Positions 17,616 to 26,961 of a stretch of DNA of 64,000 bases are shown piece by piece (position 1 is the first letter of the stretch; the number at the start of each line of letters is the position of its first letter). The position numbers and the translations under genes are program-made. Source of the DNA: a plasmid. Location: the sequence record NZ_LR134445.1; one strand, 5' to 3'. Below the pieces are notes generated by a model. That model had not been told where the DNA came from and did not search any database. It saw only the letters and a list, made by a program, of their open reading frames with translations.

Positions 17616-18848
17616 TCAGGCCAGGTCGATCGCGATCGCCGCGAGCCGGCCGTCGGCCTCCGCGCGGGCACGCGCATCGCCGTGCGCGCGCAGCACCCGC
17701 CAGCCGTGCTCGTCGTCGCGCGCGTCGGGGAGGTCGAGCCACCGTCGCAGCAGGCCCAGATCCCGGCTCGCGAGCACGGCCGACCGGAGGCTGCCCGCCA
17801 GCTCGGTGCGCAGCCGCGCGACGCCGGGCGCCCCCGAATTGGGCAGCAGCGGCCCGCGGTAGACCGCGAGGGCGTCCGCGACCCGGCCCGCGCGGATGGC
17901 GCGCGCGGCGTCGTCGGCGTCGGAGGCCAGCGCCCCCAGCAGCCGGTAGGGGCGCGAGCCCAGTAGGTCGGCACCCACCGTCTTGCGCAGCCGCGAGACC
18001 TCCGCGCGGACGGTCACGACATCGAGGTCGCGCTCGTCGAGCAGCAGCGCCAGGTGGTCGGCGGTCAGGCCCTCGGGGTGCCGCGCGAGCAGCGCGAGGA
18101 TGTCGGCGTGCCGGCCCGTGAGCGGCACCTCGCCGCCGTCCTTCTCGAGCACCGGGCGGCCGCCCAGCAGCCGCAGCCGCGGGCCGGCCGCGGGGGCGGG
18201 CGGGGTCAGCCGCAGGATCGCCAGCTGCCCCTCGACGGCCATCGCCGCGGCCCGCACCAGCGCCAGGGCCTGCGGCGTCGCGACCTCGGGGCCGCCGGTC
18301 ACGTCGAGCACGCCGATCGGCGCGCGGGTCACCGGGTCGTGCACCGGGACCGCGGTGCAGTTCCACCGGTGCGCCCGCCGCGCGAAGTGCTCCGACCCGG
18401 CGATCTGCACCTCCGTGTCGAGCGCCAGCGCGGTGCCGGGTGCGTTGGTCCCCGCCGCGGTCTCGCTCCAGTTCGCGCCCGGGATGAAGTTCATCGCGGC
18501 GGCCCGGCGGACGGCGGCACCGTCGCCCTCCACCCACAGCAGAGTTCCGTCCCGGTCGCCCACGGCCACCATCGCGCCGGCGGAGTCGTCCACGAGGAGC
18601 CGCCGGATCACCGGCATCACGCCGGACAGGGGGTTCCGGGCGCGCAGGGCGTCGAGCGCGCCGTCGCCCGACGGGGCCTCCCCGTCCGGGTTCACGCCCA
18701 GGTCGCGGCTGCGCTGCCAGCTCTCGGCGATGAGGTGCCGCAACTGGGACGCGCGCAGCGCGGACTCGTCGACCGCACCGTCGACGAACATGCTGTGCAG
18801 CCGCGCGGCCGCACCCGCGGACGCGACGGCGTGGGAACCGGTCACCAT
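17616..18848 (-). CDS. GAF-domain transcriptional regulator (aldehyde/acetoin-type)
   Basis: 410 aa, central GAF-like region, C-terminal HTH-like segment. Located directly upstream of the ALDH on the same strand. Confidence 0.55.
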   Translation of the reverse strand: MVTGSHAVASAGAAARLHSMFVDGAVDESALRASQLRHLIAESWQRSRDLGVNPDGEAPSGDGALDALRARNPLSGVMPVIRRLLVDDSAGAMVAVGDRDGTLLWVEGDGAAVRRAAAMNFIPGANWSETAAGTNAPGTALALDTEVQIAGSEHFARRAHRWNCTAVPVHDPVTRAPIGVLDVTGGPEVATPQALALVRAAAMAVEGQLAILRLTPPAPAAGPRLRLLGGRPVLEKDGGEVPLTGRHADILALLARHPEGLTADHLALLLDERDLDVVTVRAEVSRLRKTVGADLLGSRPYRLLGALASDADDAARAIRAGRVADALAVYRGPLLPNSGAPGVARLRTELAGSLRSAVLASRDLGLLRRWLDLPDARDDEHGWRVLRAHGDARARAEADGRLAAIAIDLA

Positions 18849-18879
18849 CGTGCTTCCGACGATAGCCCGGAAAGGGCGG

Positions 18880-20925
18880 TCACCAGCCCGGATCGCCCAC
18901 GATCTGCAGGCTCACGTAGGACGGCTGCTCGGGACTGAGCAGCACCGTCTGCTTGCCGAACCGGGTCTTCACCAGGTCGGGAACCGTGGCCAGGTAGCGG
19001 GGCACGCTGCCGGCGTAGACGTCCACGCGCAGGCGATGCCCCTCCTCGAGCACGGCGTCGGTGGGCACCACGTCGACGTCGAGCTCGATCGTCTCGCCCG
19101 CCACCACCTGCTGCTTCGCGGACCAGGTGAGCGGGTGGAAGGCTTCGAGCAGCTCGCCGTCGAGGTCGTAGGTGCTGCGCGCCGGGTCGAGGGCGCGGTT
19201 CGAGGCCATGAGGGCGCCGCCGGAGAGGACCGTCGACGTGCCGTCGGGCGCGACGTCGTTGACGGTGACCGTCCAGATCGCCTCCTCGCCCTCGCACTGT
19301 GTCACGAGGTGGACGTTGATCGCCCCGCTGAGCTGCACCGGCACACCGGCGGGCGGCGACGTGAAGGAGATCGCGCCGCGCTCCTGCACGCCGGCGTTCT
19401 CCAGCGCCGGGACGGCCTTCGTCAGCCCGGCCAGCACCTGCGTCAGGTCGGGCGAAGCGAGGCCGCGTAGGTCGATCCGCGTGGATGCGGACGCGCGCCG
19501 GCGCTCCGGGACGGTCGCGAGGCCACCGTCGTACTTGGCGTGCGCCGCCGTGCCCGACGGTGCCGGGGTCGCGTAGAGCCGCCGGGTGCGGGCACCCGCG
19601 CGGGGGAAGGACTCGCCCGCGCTCCAGCCGCCGCCCTGCTGCTGCAGCGTGACGGGGCCGTACCGGTCGACGCCGTTGTCGATGCCCTTGAGCCAGCGGT
19701 CGTACCAGGCCCGCTCGAGGACGTCGATGCGCGGCGGCGCCTGCGTGCCGCCGAAGCCGGCGCCCATGTCGAAGTGGTAACCGTCGGTGATCACCATCTG
19801 CTTGCGGCCCGCGGGCAGGTTGAGCCGCGAGTACATGCGCGGCGTGCTGCGGCCGAAGAGGTCGTGCCACCCGCCGAACAGGAACGTCGGGGCGGTGATC
19901 GCCTCGATCTTCGCGTTCCGCTCGGTGAAGTACGGGTTGTCGTTGACGCGGGGATCGCGGCCGGTGAGCACGCCCGTCACCACTGACGAGATCTCCGTCG
20001 CCGGCGAGACCAGGCGGCTGTGCAGCCAGCGGAAGACGTTGCCGTTCACGGTGTCGCGGAGCAGCGTGCGCGGGTTGTACAGCCACTTGAGGGCGTTCAC
20101 GGCGCCGAGCCACAGCGGGATGAACACCGACGGGAGGCCGCCGGTGATGTAGATGTCGCGGACGATGTCCTCGCTGCCCTCGATCGCGAAGACCGCGCCC
20201 AGCCCCTCGGGCGCGTGCCCCGCGGCCTGCAACGAGTTGATCGCCGAGTACGACCAGCCACCCATGCCGAGCGTGCCGTCGCACCAGTCCTGCGCACGGG
20301 CCCAGCGCAGCACCTCGACGGAGTCCAGCTGCTCGCGCGGGCCGAGGATCTGCCACACGCCGTGCGAGGTCCCGGTGCCCCGGACGTCGACGATCACCTG
20401 CACGTAGCCGCTGCGCACGAGTCGGCGGTTGATGCCGAAGCCCTGGAGCAGGCCGCCCGAGAAGTCGACCGTCCCGCCCGTGAGCGCCTTCGAGGCGTTC
20501 GTCAGCGCCGGCCCGACGAAGGCGGCGTGCGTGGTCTCGTCGATGGCGTCGACGACCATGCGGTTGTACGGGTTGAGGTTGAGGATCGCGGGGTAGGGGC
20601 GCTCGACGGGCACCCCGTCGAGCTCGGCGGGCCGCACGACGGTGGCCCGCAGGACCACCCCGTCGGACATGCGGATGTCGACGTTGCGGTCGATGTGGAC
20701 CCGCGGGTAGGTGAGCCGGCCGTCGACGGCCTCGCGCCAGGCGAGCGCGTCGGCGCCGCCGGTGGGATCGCCGAGGGGGAGCGTGTGGTCGACGCGCGGG
20801 TGGTGCTCGCCGCCCGACGGGGCGGGCAGCGCGGGGCTGCGGTCCCAGAGCGGGATGCGCACGCCGGACAGTCGTGCGTTCGCTCTACCGGATCGGCTGG
20901 TCACCATTGCAACCCCTTCCTTCAA
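18880..20925 (-). CDS. CocE/NonD family hydrolase (S15 X-Pro dipeptidyl-peptidase-like)
   Basis: GMGGWSYSA nucleophile motif, ~680 aa, C-terminal beta-sandwich typical of the family. Confidence 0.75.
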   Translation of the reverse strand: MKEGVAMVTSRSGRANARLSGVRIPLWDRSPALPAPSGGEHHPRVDHTLPLGDPTGGADALAWREAVDGRLTYPRVHIDRNVDIRMSDGVVLRATVVRPAELDGVPVERPYPAILNLNPYNRMVVDAIDETTHAAFVGPALTNASKALTGGTVDFSGGLLQGFGINRRLVRSGYVQVIVDVRGTGTSHGVWQILGPREQLDSVEVLRWARAQDWCDGTLGMGGWSYSAINSLQAAGHAPEGLGAVFAIEGSEDIVRDIYITGGLPSVFIPLWLGAVNALKWLYNPRTLLRDTVNGNVFRWLHSRLVSPATEISSVVTGVLTGRDPRVNDNPYFTERNAKIEAITAPTFLFGGWHDLFGRSTPRMYSRLNLPAGRKQMVITDGYHFDMGAGFGGTQAPPRIDVLERAWYDRWLKGIDNGVDRYGPVTLQQQGGGWSAGESFPRAGARTRRLYATPAPSGTAAHAKYDGGLATVPERRRASASTRIDLRGLASPDLTQVLAGLTKAVPALENAGVQERGAISFTSPPAGVPVQLSGAINVHLVTQCEGEEAIWTVTVNDVAPDGTSTVLSGGALMASNRALDPARSTYDLDGELLEAFHPLTWSAKQQVVAGETIELDVDVVPTDAVLEEGHRLRVDVYAGSVPRYLATVPDLVKTRFGKQTVLLSPEQPSYVSLQIVGDPGW

Positions 20926-21107
20926 TCGTCAACCTAGAGCACGGGTGACGAACCTCACAAACCGCGGGTGCGGTTGTTGCAGATCCGATGCAGAACAGTT
21001 GCATTCCCGGCAGGTCCCGATCAGCGCGGATGCAGCACCCCACACGCCGCCGGGAGGCCCGATAAGCTCGTTCTCGCAATCGCCCGAGCCACACCCGGAG
21101 GTACCCC

Positions 21108-21548
21108 ATGTCGCTGACCACCACGCTCCTCGATCCCGCGCGCCAGCCGGCCGTCGTCGCCGACTTCGCGTCGGTCGTCGAAGCCGAGGTGGGGGACAAG
21201 AGCGGGCTGTCCGGCACCGTCATCAAGACCGCGTACTCCGCGGTCAAGAAGGTCTCCCCGAACGTCATCGAGTCGGCGCTGACCAAGCTGCTGCCCGACT
21301 TCGCCGCCGCGCTCGACCCCTTCTGGACCGAGTTCCAGGCCCAGGGCCCCGGCGACTTCGGCCAGTTCCTCGCGGCCCGCGGCGACGCCGTCGGCGACGC
21401 GCTGCTCGCCGTCACCGACAAGAAGGCCGAGTCCACCAGCCAGCCCGCGCTGCGCAAGGCCTACTCGAGCCTGCGCGGCAAGGCCAAGGAGAACGTCGTC
21501 GCGGCGCTGCCCCGCGTCGGCGCGGCCGTCCAGAAGAACGCCGCCTGA
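21108..21548 (+). CDS. Hypothetical protein (146 aa)
   Basis: ORF with GC3 bias, no recognisable motif. Confidence 0.4.
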   Translation: MSLTTTLLDPARQPAVVADFASVVEAEVGDKSGLSGTVIKTAYSAVKKVSPNVIESALTKLLPDFAAALDPFWTEFQAQGPGDFGQFLAARGDAVGDALLAVTDKKAESTSQPALRKAYSSLRGKAKENVVAALPRVGAAVQKNAA

Positions 21549-21550
21549 TC

Positions 21551-21943
21551 ATGGGTGAGGTGCAGCTCCACGGCTCGGACCAGCTGACCACGGCGGTCGA
21601 GCACGCGTACAGCGCGACGGTGCCCGCGGGCGCCACCCTGCACGTCGCCGGCGTCGCCCCGCTCGACCAGGGCGGCACCACCGTCGCCCCGGGCGACGTG
21701 CAGGGCCAGGTCCGCGCGGCCGTCGCGAACCTCCGGGTGATCCTGGGCGAGCGCGGCGCGCAGCTGTCCGACGTCGCCCGGCTCACGGTCTTCGTCGCCG
21801 AGCATCTGCAGGTGGACCTGCAGGTCGCGGGCGAGACGCTGGCCGAGGTCTTCGTGGACCTGCCGCCCGTGTCGATCGTCGGCGTCAGCCGGCTCCGCTA
21901 CGACGATCAGGTCGTCGAGCTCGAGGCCGTCGCCGCCCTGTAG
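21551..21943 (+). CDS. RidA/YjgF family protein
   Basis: 130 aa, LTVFVAEHL...VSIVGVSRLRYDDQVVELEAVAAL. Start by codon arithmetic. Confidence 0.75.
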   Translation: MGEVQLHGSDQLTTAVEHAYSATVPAGATLHVAGVAPLDQGGTTVAPGDVQGQVRAAVANLRVILGERGAQLSDVARLTVFVAEHLQVDLQVAGETLAEVFVDLPPVSIVGVSRLRYDDQVVELEAVAAL

Positions 21944-22052
21944 CGGGCTCGATGGGCACGCCCCGTGTGAGCGGACGCACAGCGGCTCCGCGGGGCGTCC
22001 ACCGGCCACAGGGGTTCGTTCGCGCCCTATGTGAGGAGTTACCGTAGGGGAC

Positions 22053-22667
22053 GTGAGTACCCCTACATCCGCAGACGCAGTGGCCACCGTGATCACCGGC
22101 GCGAGCTGGCCCAGGATCCTCACCTGGCGGTCCGAGGACGGGAACCTCCTCGAGTCGGTGCGCGTGCAGCTCACGGGCGACCGGATCAAGGCCTACGGCC
22201 GGATCATCGCGGCCCCGTCGGCCGAGGGCCCGGCCTTCAACGCCTCGTACGACCTGGTCACCGACGACGAGGGCGTCACCAAGCGGCTCTCCGTGCACGC
22301 CCTCACCGAGGCCGGCGAGGCGCAGGTGACGATCGCGCGCGACGGCGAGAACCACTGGCTCGTGCAGGGCGCGCAGGGCTCCGAGCGCGGCTTCTTCTCC
22401 GGTGCGCTCAGCGTCGACGTGCTCAAGTCCGCGTTCTTCAACGCCCTCACGATCCGACGGTTCGACCTGCAGAGCCACCCCGAGGAGATCGACGTGCCGG
22501 TCGTGTACGTCGACCTGCCCAGCCTCGCGGTCAAGGAGACGGTCATCAACTACGACGGTGCCGCCGACGGCATCACGGTGATCTCCCCGATCAGCAGCTC
22601 GAAGGTGTCCGTCGACGCCGACGGCTTCATCGTCGACTACCCGGGCCTGTCGAGCCGCGTCGAGTAG
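22053..22667 (+). CDS. Hypothetical protein (204 aa), possibly glycolipid-binding-like
   Basis: ORF only. Family assignment from memory and weak. Confidence 0.4.
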   Translation: MSTPTSADAVATVITGASWPRILTWRSEDGNLLESVRVQLTGDRIKAYGRIIAAPSAEGPAFNASYDLVTDDEGVTKRLSVHALTEAGEAQVTIARDGENHWLVQGAQGSERGFFSGALSVDVLKSAFFNALTIRRFDLQSHPEEIDVPVVYVDLPSLAVKETVINYDGAADGITVISPISSSKVSVDADGFIVDYPGLSSRVE

Positions 22668-23627
22668 TCAGTCGAGTGCCGTGACCACGCCCCCGGCGTG
22701 GCCGGCCTCGCGCAGCGCCCGCTGCCACCCCGCCCCGTCGAGCACGGGGGAGAACGGGGTGCGGCGGGCGTTCTCGTACCTCCGGCGCGCCGCGTAGCCG
22801 CGCTCGGTGATCGCGCCGACGGTGCCCCGTTCGGCGAGCTCCGCCCGCGCGGCCCGCAGTTCCGCGATGGTGTCGTCGAGCGCGTCGAGGAGTGCCGGGG
22901 CGTTCGCCTCGCACATCGCGTTCACCAGCGACGGGGCCGTGCCCGCCACGCGCGTGACGTCGCGGAAGCTGCTCGCGGCCAGCGAGAGGGCCAGCTGCTT
23001 CGCGGCCGGGTCGAGCTCGGCGGTGATCGCGACGGCCTCGGCCACCACGTGCACGGAGTGCGAGATCCGCGCGACGGCAGCGTCGTGCTCGGTGGATCCC
23101 GCGGGCACGATGGCCGCCCCGCAGTCCAGCCCGACGCTCGCGGCGAGGCGCCAGGCGTCCGCCGGGGTCTCGTCGTCGGCGGTGACCACCCAGGTCGCGC
23201 CGTCGAACAGCGCGGCGTCGGTGGCCTCCCAGCCGGAGAAGGCGGTCCCGGCCATCGGGTGGCCGCCCGCGTACCGCCCCGTCAGGCCGGCGGCGGCGAC
23301 CCGCCGCGCGACGTCGCCCTTGACGCTCACCGCGTCGGTCAGCCAGGCGTTCGGGGCGTGCTCCGCGACGGCGGCGAGCACCCCGTCGAGCGCGGGGACG
23401 GGCACCGCGACCACGACGACGTGCCCGCCCTCCTCCGCGCGACGCAGGGTCGCGGCGAGGTCCGACGAGGCGTCGAAGCCGGCGGCTCCGGCGTCGTCGA
23501 CGGCGGCGGCCGAGCGGTTCCAGCCGTAGGCGGGGCGTCCCGTGCGGCCGAGGGCGCGGAGGATCGATCCGCCGATCAGGCCGAGGCCGAGGACGCACAC
23601 GGGGACGCCGGAATGAGGTGTGGACAC
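22668..23627 (-). CDS. tyrA: Prephenate dehydrogenase
   Basis: N-terminal Rossmann VCVLGLGLIGGSI, GGHPMAG. Position next to tadA mirrors my recollection of the M. tuberculosis neighbourhood. Confidence 0.8.
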   Translation of the reverse strand: MSTPHSGVPVCVLGLGLIGGSILRALGRTGRPAYGWNRSAAAVDDAGAAGFDASSDLAATLRRAEEGGHVVVVAVPVPALDGVLAAVAEHAPNAWLTDAVSVKGDVARRVAAAGLTGRYAGGHPMAGTAFSGWEATDAALFDGATWVVTADDETPADAWRLAASVGLDCGAAIVPAGSTEHDAAVARISHSVHVVAEAVAITAELDPAAKQLALSLAASSFRDVTRVAGTAPSLVNAMCEANAPALLDALDDTIAELRAARAELAERGTVGAITERGYAARRRYENARRTPFSPVLDGAGWQRALREAGHAGGVVTALD

Positions 23628-23706
23628 CCCGCTAGCGTTCCACAGCGGTGTGAGGAAGCCGTATGAGACGTGTCGCGGACGCGCGTTTACGGATACGGTT
23701 CAACAC

Positions 23707-24225
23707 ATGGCCGCAGAGACCTCACCGGAGCGTTACGACGACACCGACGGCTACGCCGTGGCCGTGATCCGCGGGGAGACCGCCTGGACGGTGCACCTGC
23801 TCGACCCCGGGGCCCTCGGCAGTATCGCCAAGGCCGAGCAGGAGCTCAAGGCGCTGCGCGCGACCGGCGCCGTGATCGGGCTGCTCAACGTGGACGACGA
23901 GTACTTCGTCATCGTGCGGCCCGGCCCGTCGGGCACGCGGCTGTTGCTCTCCGACGCGACCGCCGCCGTCTTCGACGAACTCGCCGTGCAGGCGCTGGAT
24001 CGGCTCGACGTCGACGTGCCGGACATCGACCCCGAGGAGATCGAGGACACCGACCCGTGGCCCGAGGGCGACCTCGGCATCCTCGGTGATCTCGGCCTCG
24101 GCGAGCAGGAGCTGAGCGTGCTGCTCGCCGACCCGGATCTCTACCCCGACGAGCAGCTCCAGGTGATCGCGGAGCGCCTCCGGTTCGACGCCGAGCTGGG
24201 CGTGATCCTCGACGCGCTGGGCTAG
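23707..24225 (+). CDS. tRNA adenosine deaminase-associated protein (Rv3753c-like), acidic C-terminus
   Basis: Internal ATG of ORF 23620..24225 (MAAETSPERYDDTDGYAVAV...). Lies immediately upstream of tadA. Confidence 0.55.
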   Translation: MAAETSPERYDDTDGYAVAVIRGETAWTVHLLDPGALGSIAKAEQELKALRATGAVIGLLNVDDEYFVIVRPGPSGTRLLLSDATAAVFDELAVQALDRLDVDVPDIDPEEIEDTDPWPEGDLGILGDLGLGEQELSVLLADPDLYPDEQLQVIAERLRFDAELGVILDALG

Positions 24226-24689
24226 TGGCGCTGCTGGACGCCGAGCGCACGGCGATGGGCTTCGCGCTCGAGGCCGCGCGGCTCGCGGGCCCCGACGACG
24301 TGCCGGTCGGTGCTGCGGTGATCGGGCCCGACGGTGCCGTGCTCGCGCTCGCCGGGAACCGTCGGGAGCAGCTCGGCGACCCGACCGCCCACGCCGAGAT
24401 CCTCGCGATCCGCGAGGCGGCCGCGACGTTCGGCGACGGCTGGCGGCTCGAGGGCTGCACCCTGGCCGTCACCCTGGAGCCCTGCGCCATGTGCGCCGGG
24501 GCGCTGGTCTCGGCCCGCATCGGCCACCTCGTCTTCGGCGCCTTCGAGCCCAAGACCGGCGCGGTCGGCTCGGTGTGGGACGTGGTCCGCGACCCCCGCG
24601 TCACCCACCGGGTCACCGTGCGCGGCGGCGTCCGGGAGGCCGAGTGTGCCGCGCTGCTGCACGACTTCTTCCGGCCGCACCGCTCCTGA
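24225..24689 (+). CDS. tadA: tRNA-specific adenosine-34 deaminase
   Basis: HAEILAIREAA and PCAMCAGAL zinc-binding motifs. GTG overlaps upstream stop by 1 nt. Confidence 0.9.
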   Translation: MALLDAERTAMGFALEAARLAGPDDVPVGAAVIGPDGAVLALAGNRREQLGDPTAHAEILAIREAAATFGDGWRLEGCTLAVTLEPCAMCAGALVSARIGHLVFGAFEPKTGAVGSVWDVVRDPRVTHRVTVRGGVREAECAALLHDFFRPHRS

Positions 24690-24735
24690 CCTGCCGATTT
24701 AACGCCTGAGTCGTCTTCCGGTAAAGTTTCGCGAC

Positions 24736-24823
24736 GGTGGCGTGTCCGAGCGGCCGAAGGTGCAGCACTCGAAATGCTGTGTGCGGTAACCCCGTACCGA
24801 GGGTTCAAATCCCTCCGCCACCG
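24736..24823 (+). tRNA. tRNA-Ser (anticodon CGA)
   Basis: Acceptor GGTGGCG/CGCCACC, anticodon stem CAGCA/TGCTG, loop CUCGAAA, long variable arm, T-loop GGTTCAAATCC. Confidence 0.85.
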
Positions 24824-25488
24824 CTGAGAGAGACCCTCTCCGACCCCGGTCGGAGGGGGTCTTTCCCGTTCCGGGCCCGGGTGCCCGGCGTGCGGCGCCG
24901 CGGGGTTCGCCGCAGCCACCACTCGCAGAAGCCGATCGCGATCAGCCAGCTCGGCCACGCGACGATCGCCGGCCCCCACGAGTCCATGAAGGACTCCGGC
25001 ACCCCGGCGGCGTCGAGGACGAGGAACGAGATCGGGCCCAGGATCCGGTTGATGATCACCGAGTACATGAGCGCCGCGCTGCGCAGCATCCAGCGACGGT
25101 GGGCCGCCACGTCGCCGCCGACGATCGCCCGCACACCGAGCGCCGTGAACAGCAGCATCAGCGAGCCCAGCGTCACGTTGGACGCGGCGTTGACCGGCCC
25201 GAACGGCGTCACCGTGCCGATCGCGATGGCCGCGAGCCCGACGGGCAGCGCGCACGCGACGTAGATCCGGCCCGCGATCCAGTGGTACTTCGCGAACCAG
25301 CGGCGGCCCAGCTGCACCAGCCCGGCGAGCATCGCGACGGAGCCGAGCAGGATGTGCCCGACGAGCAGCCCGTAGTACCAGTTCGGCTGGTCGTCGAGCG
25401 GCACCCGGCTGCCGCCCGTGAGGTATGGGGGAAGGGAGTAGGCGAGGAAGACGAGCACCAGCAGGGCGCCCACCAGCAGTTTCTTCAT
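24805..25488 (-). CDS. DUF2306-like membrane protein
   Basis: 227 aa with 5-6 hydrophobic helices. Its C-terminal 19 nt overlap the 3' end of the tRNA-Ser gene. Confidence 0.55.
   Translation of the reverse strand: MKKLLVGALLVLVFLAYSLPPYLTGGSRVPLDDQPNWYYGLLVGHILLGSVAMLAGLVQLGRRWFAKYHWIAGRIYVACALPVGLAAIAIGTVTPFGPVNAASNVTLGSLMLLFTALGVRAIVGGDVAAHRRWMLRSAALMYSVIINRILGPISFLVLDAAGVPESFMDSWGPAIVAWPSWLIAIGFCEWWLRRTPRRRTPGTRARNGKDPLRPGSERVSLSGGGGI
24831..24864. terminator. Rho-independent terminator after tRNA-Ser(CGA)
   Basis: AGACCCTCTCCGACC-CCGG-TCGGAGGGGGTCT followed by TTT. Confidence 0.55.
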
Positions 25489-25599
25489 GCGGGAAACGCT
25501 AGGGACGGAGCCCGCGGCGGAGGATCACCCGCGCGGGTGGACCTGCGTAGTCCGCACGGGTGAGGCACCATGATCCGGGGTTCTTTTCAGGAGGAAACG

Positions 25600-26436
25600 A
25601 TGAACGACGACGGTGCCTGGGGCGCGCCCGCCCTCGACCTGCCGCGGTACCTGGAGCGCGTCGGCCTGAGCGACCCGCCGACGCCCGACCTCACCGGCCT
25701 GTCCGCGCTGGTCCGGGCGCACGCGACCACCCTGCCGTGGGAGAACTTCGACGCCGTCCGGGGTGTCCCGGGCGAGCTCACCGTCGACGCCCTGCAGCGG
25801 CGGATGATCGACGGCCGCCGCGGCTACGGCTGTACGGGCCACGTCCCGCTGCTCGCCGCGGTCCTGCAGCGCACGGGCTTCCGGTTCGGCGCCGCGTCCG
25901 GGCGGGTTCTGGTCGACGGCCGCCCGTCGGCGAGCACGCACGCCCTGCTCGTCGTGGAGGTCGACGGTGCGCCGCACCTCGCGGAGGTCGGCTTCGGCGC
26001 CGTCCCGCTCGCGCCGCTCCGGCTGGAGAGCGGCCTGGAGCAGGACGCCGGCGGCTGGCGCTACCGGCTCACCGCCGAGACCGTCGGCTTCGGCGAGGAG
26101 TGGCGGCTCGACTTCCTCGACCCGAGCTCGGGGCAGTGGCGGCCCCAGTACCGGTTCGCGCTCACCGACCGCACGTGGTCCGACCTGCGGATGACGAACT
26201 TCTACGTGGCGACCTCGCCGCACTCGCCGTTCCGCGGGCGGCTCATGGCCGTGGTCAACCGGCCCGGTGAGCGGCGCGTCCTCACGCGCGACGCGGTGAT
26301 CACGACCCGCCCCGACGGGGGCAAGGAGTCCGTGCCGTACGCGGCGGCGGACCGTCGGGCGATCCTCGCCGAGACCTTCGCGATCGACCTGCCCGAGGGC
26401 GAGGCCGCCGCGCTCGCGGCCGTCAGTGGGAGCTGA
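25600..26436 (+). CDS. nat: Arylamine N-acetyltransferase
   Basis: GRRGYGCTGHVPLLAAVL contains the catalytic Cys. Strong AGGAGG RBS before ATG at 25600. Confidence 0.85.
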   Translation: MNDDGAWGAPALDLPRYLERVGLSDPPTPDLTGLSALVRAHATTLPWENFDAVRGVPGELTVDALQRRMIDGRRGYGCTGHVPLLAAVLQRTGFRFGAASGRVLVDGRPSASTHALLVVEVDGAPHLAEVGFGAVPLAPLRLESGLEQDAGGWRYRLTAETVGFGEEWRLDFLDPSSGQWRPQYRFALTDRTWSDLRMTNFYVATSPHSPFRGRLMAVVNRPGERRVLTRDAVITTRPDGGKESVPYAAADRRAILAETFAIDLPEGEAAALAAVSGS

Positions 26437-26818
26437 AGAAGCCGATCGCCTTGTCGCCGCTGTCGCAGCGCGCGAGCATGCCGGGGGTCTGCGGGAACGT
26501 GCAGTTCCAGCCCTCGACGGTGGCGGGCTTCGCCATCGCGATCTGCGGTCCGAAGGCGTTGGCGACGCGCATGGCCTCGGCGCAGTCGACCTTCGTGGTG
26601 CCCAGCGCGTGCACGTACAGGGCGCCGTCGGGGCCGCGGGTCTGCCCGCACATCTCGGCGCGGGTCTCGGCCACCGTCGTCGTGGCCGACGGTGCGCCGG
26701 ACGGCGCGGGGCTCGCGGCCGGGTCGGAGGAACTGCCGCAGCCCGCGAGGAGCAGGCCGCACACTGTTGCAGTTGCGACGGCTGTGACAGGCGTTGCGAA
26801 GTGCTGAAATGCGGTCAT
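26423..26818 (-). CDS. Lipoprotein (132 aa)
   Basis: Signal peptide plus lipobox LLAGC (MTAFQHFATPVTAVATATVCGLLLAGCGSS). Confidence 0.55.
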   Translation of the reverse strand: MTAFQHFATPVTAVATATVCGLLLAGCGSSSDPAASPAPSGAPSATTTVAETRAEMCGQTRGPDGALYVHALGTTKVDCAEAMRVANAFGPQIAMAKPATVEGWNCTFPQTPGMLARCDSGDKAIGFFSSH

Positions 26819-26961
26819 GCCCTGCACGCTACCCGCGAACTGGTGATGAGCCTCACAAAAGTGCCGGTCAGCGACATTATTGCGGGCGGCAACGATCGGT
26901 ACACTCGACAGCGACCCGTATCGCGCAGCCCGTCGCGCCTCGACGACCTGGAGTGACTCGC

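Noticed and set aside
15643-17862. 739-aa + strand ORF
   Set aside because: It is antisense to the well-supported aldehyde dehydrogenase gene. Arg/Gly/Ala-rich translation with no motifs, a typical high-GC shadow ORF.
26794-26961. Longer start of the MmpL-TGT ORF at 26794 (MRSAEMRSCPARYP...)
   Set aside because: The 56 extra codons are Arg/Pro-rich without a TM helix, and they overlap the convergent lipoprotein gene. The canonical MmpL N-terminus (MALFLYRLGRFAYLNRFKVIVAWLLIF) begins at 26962.
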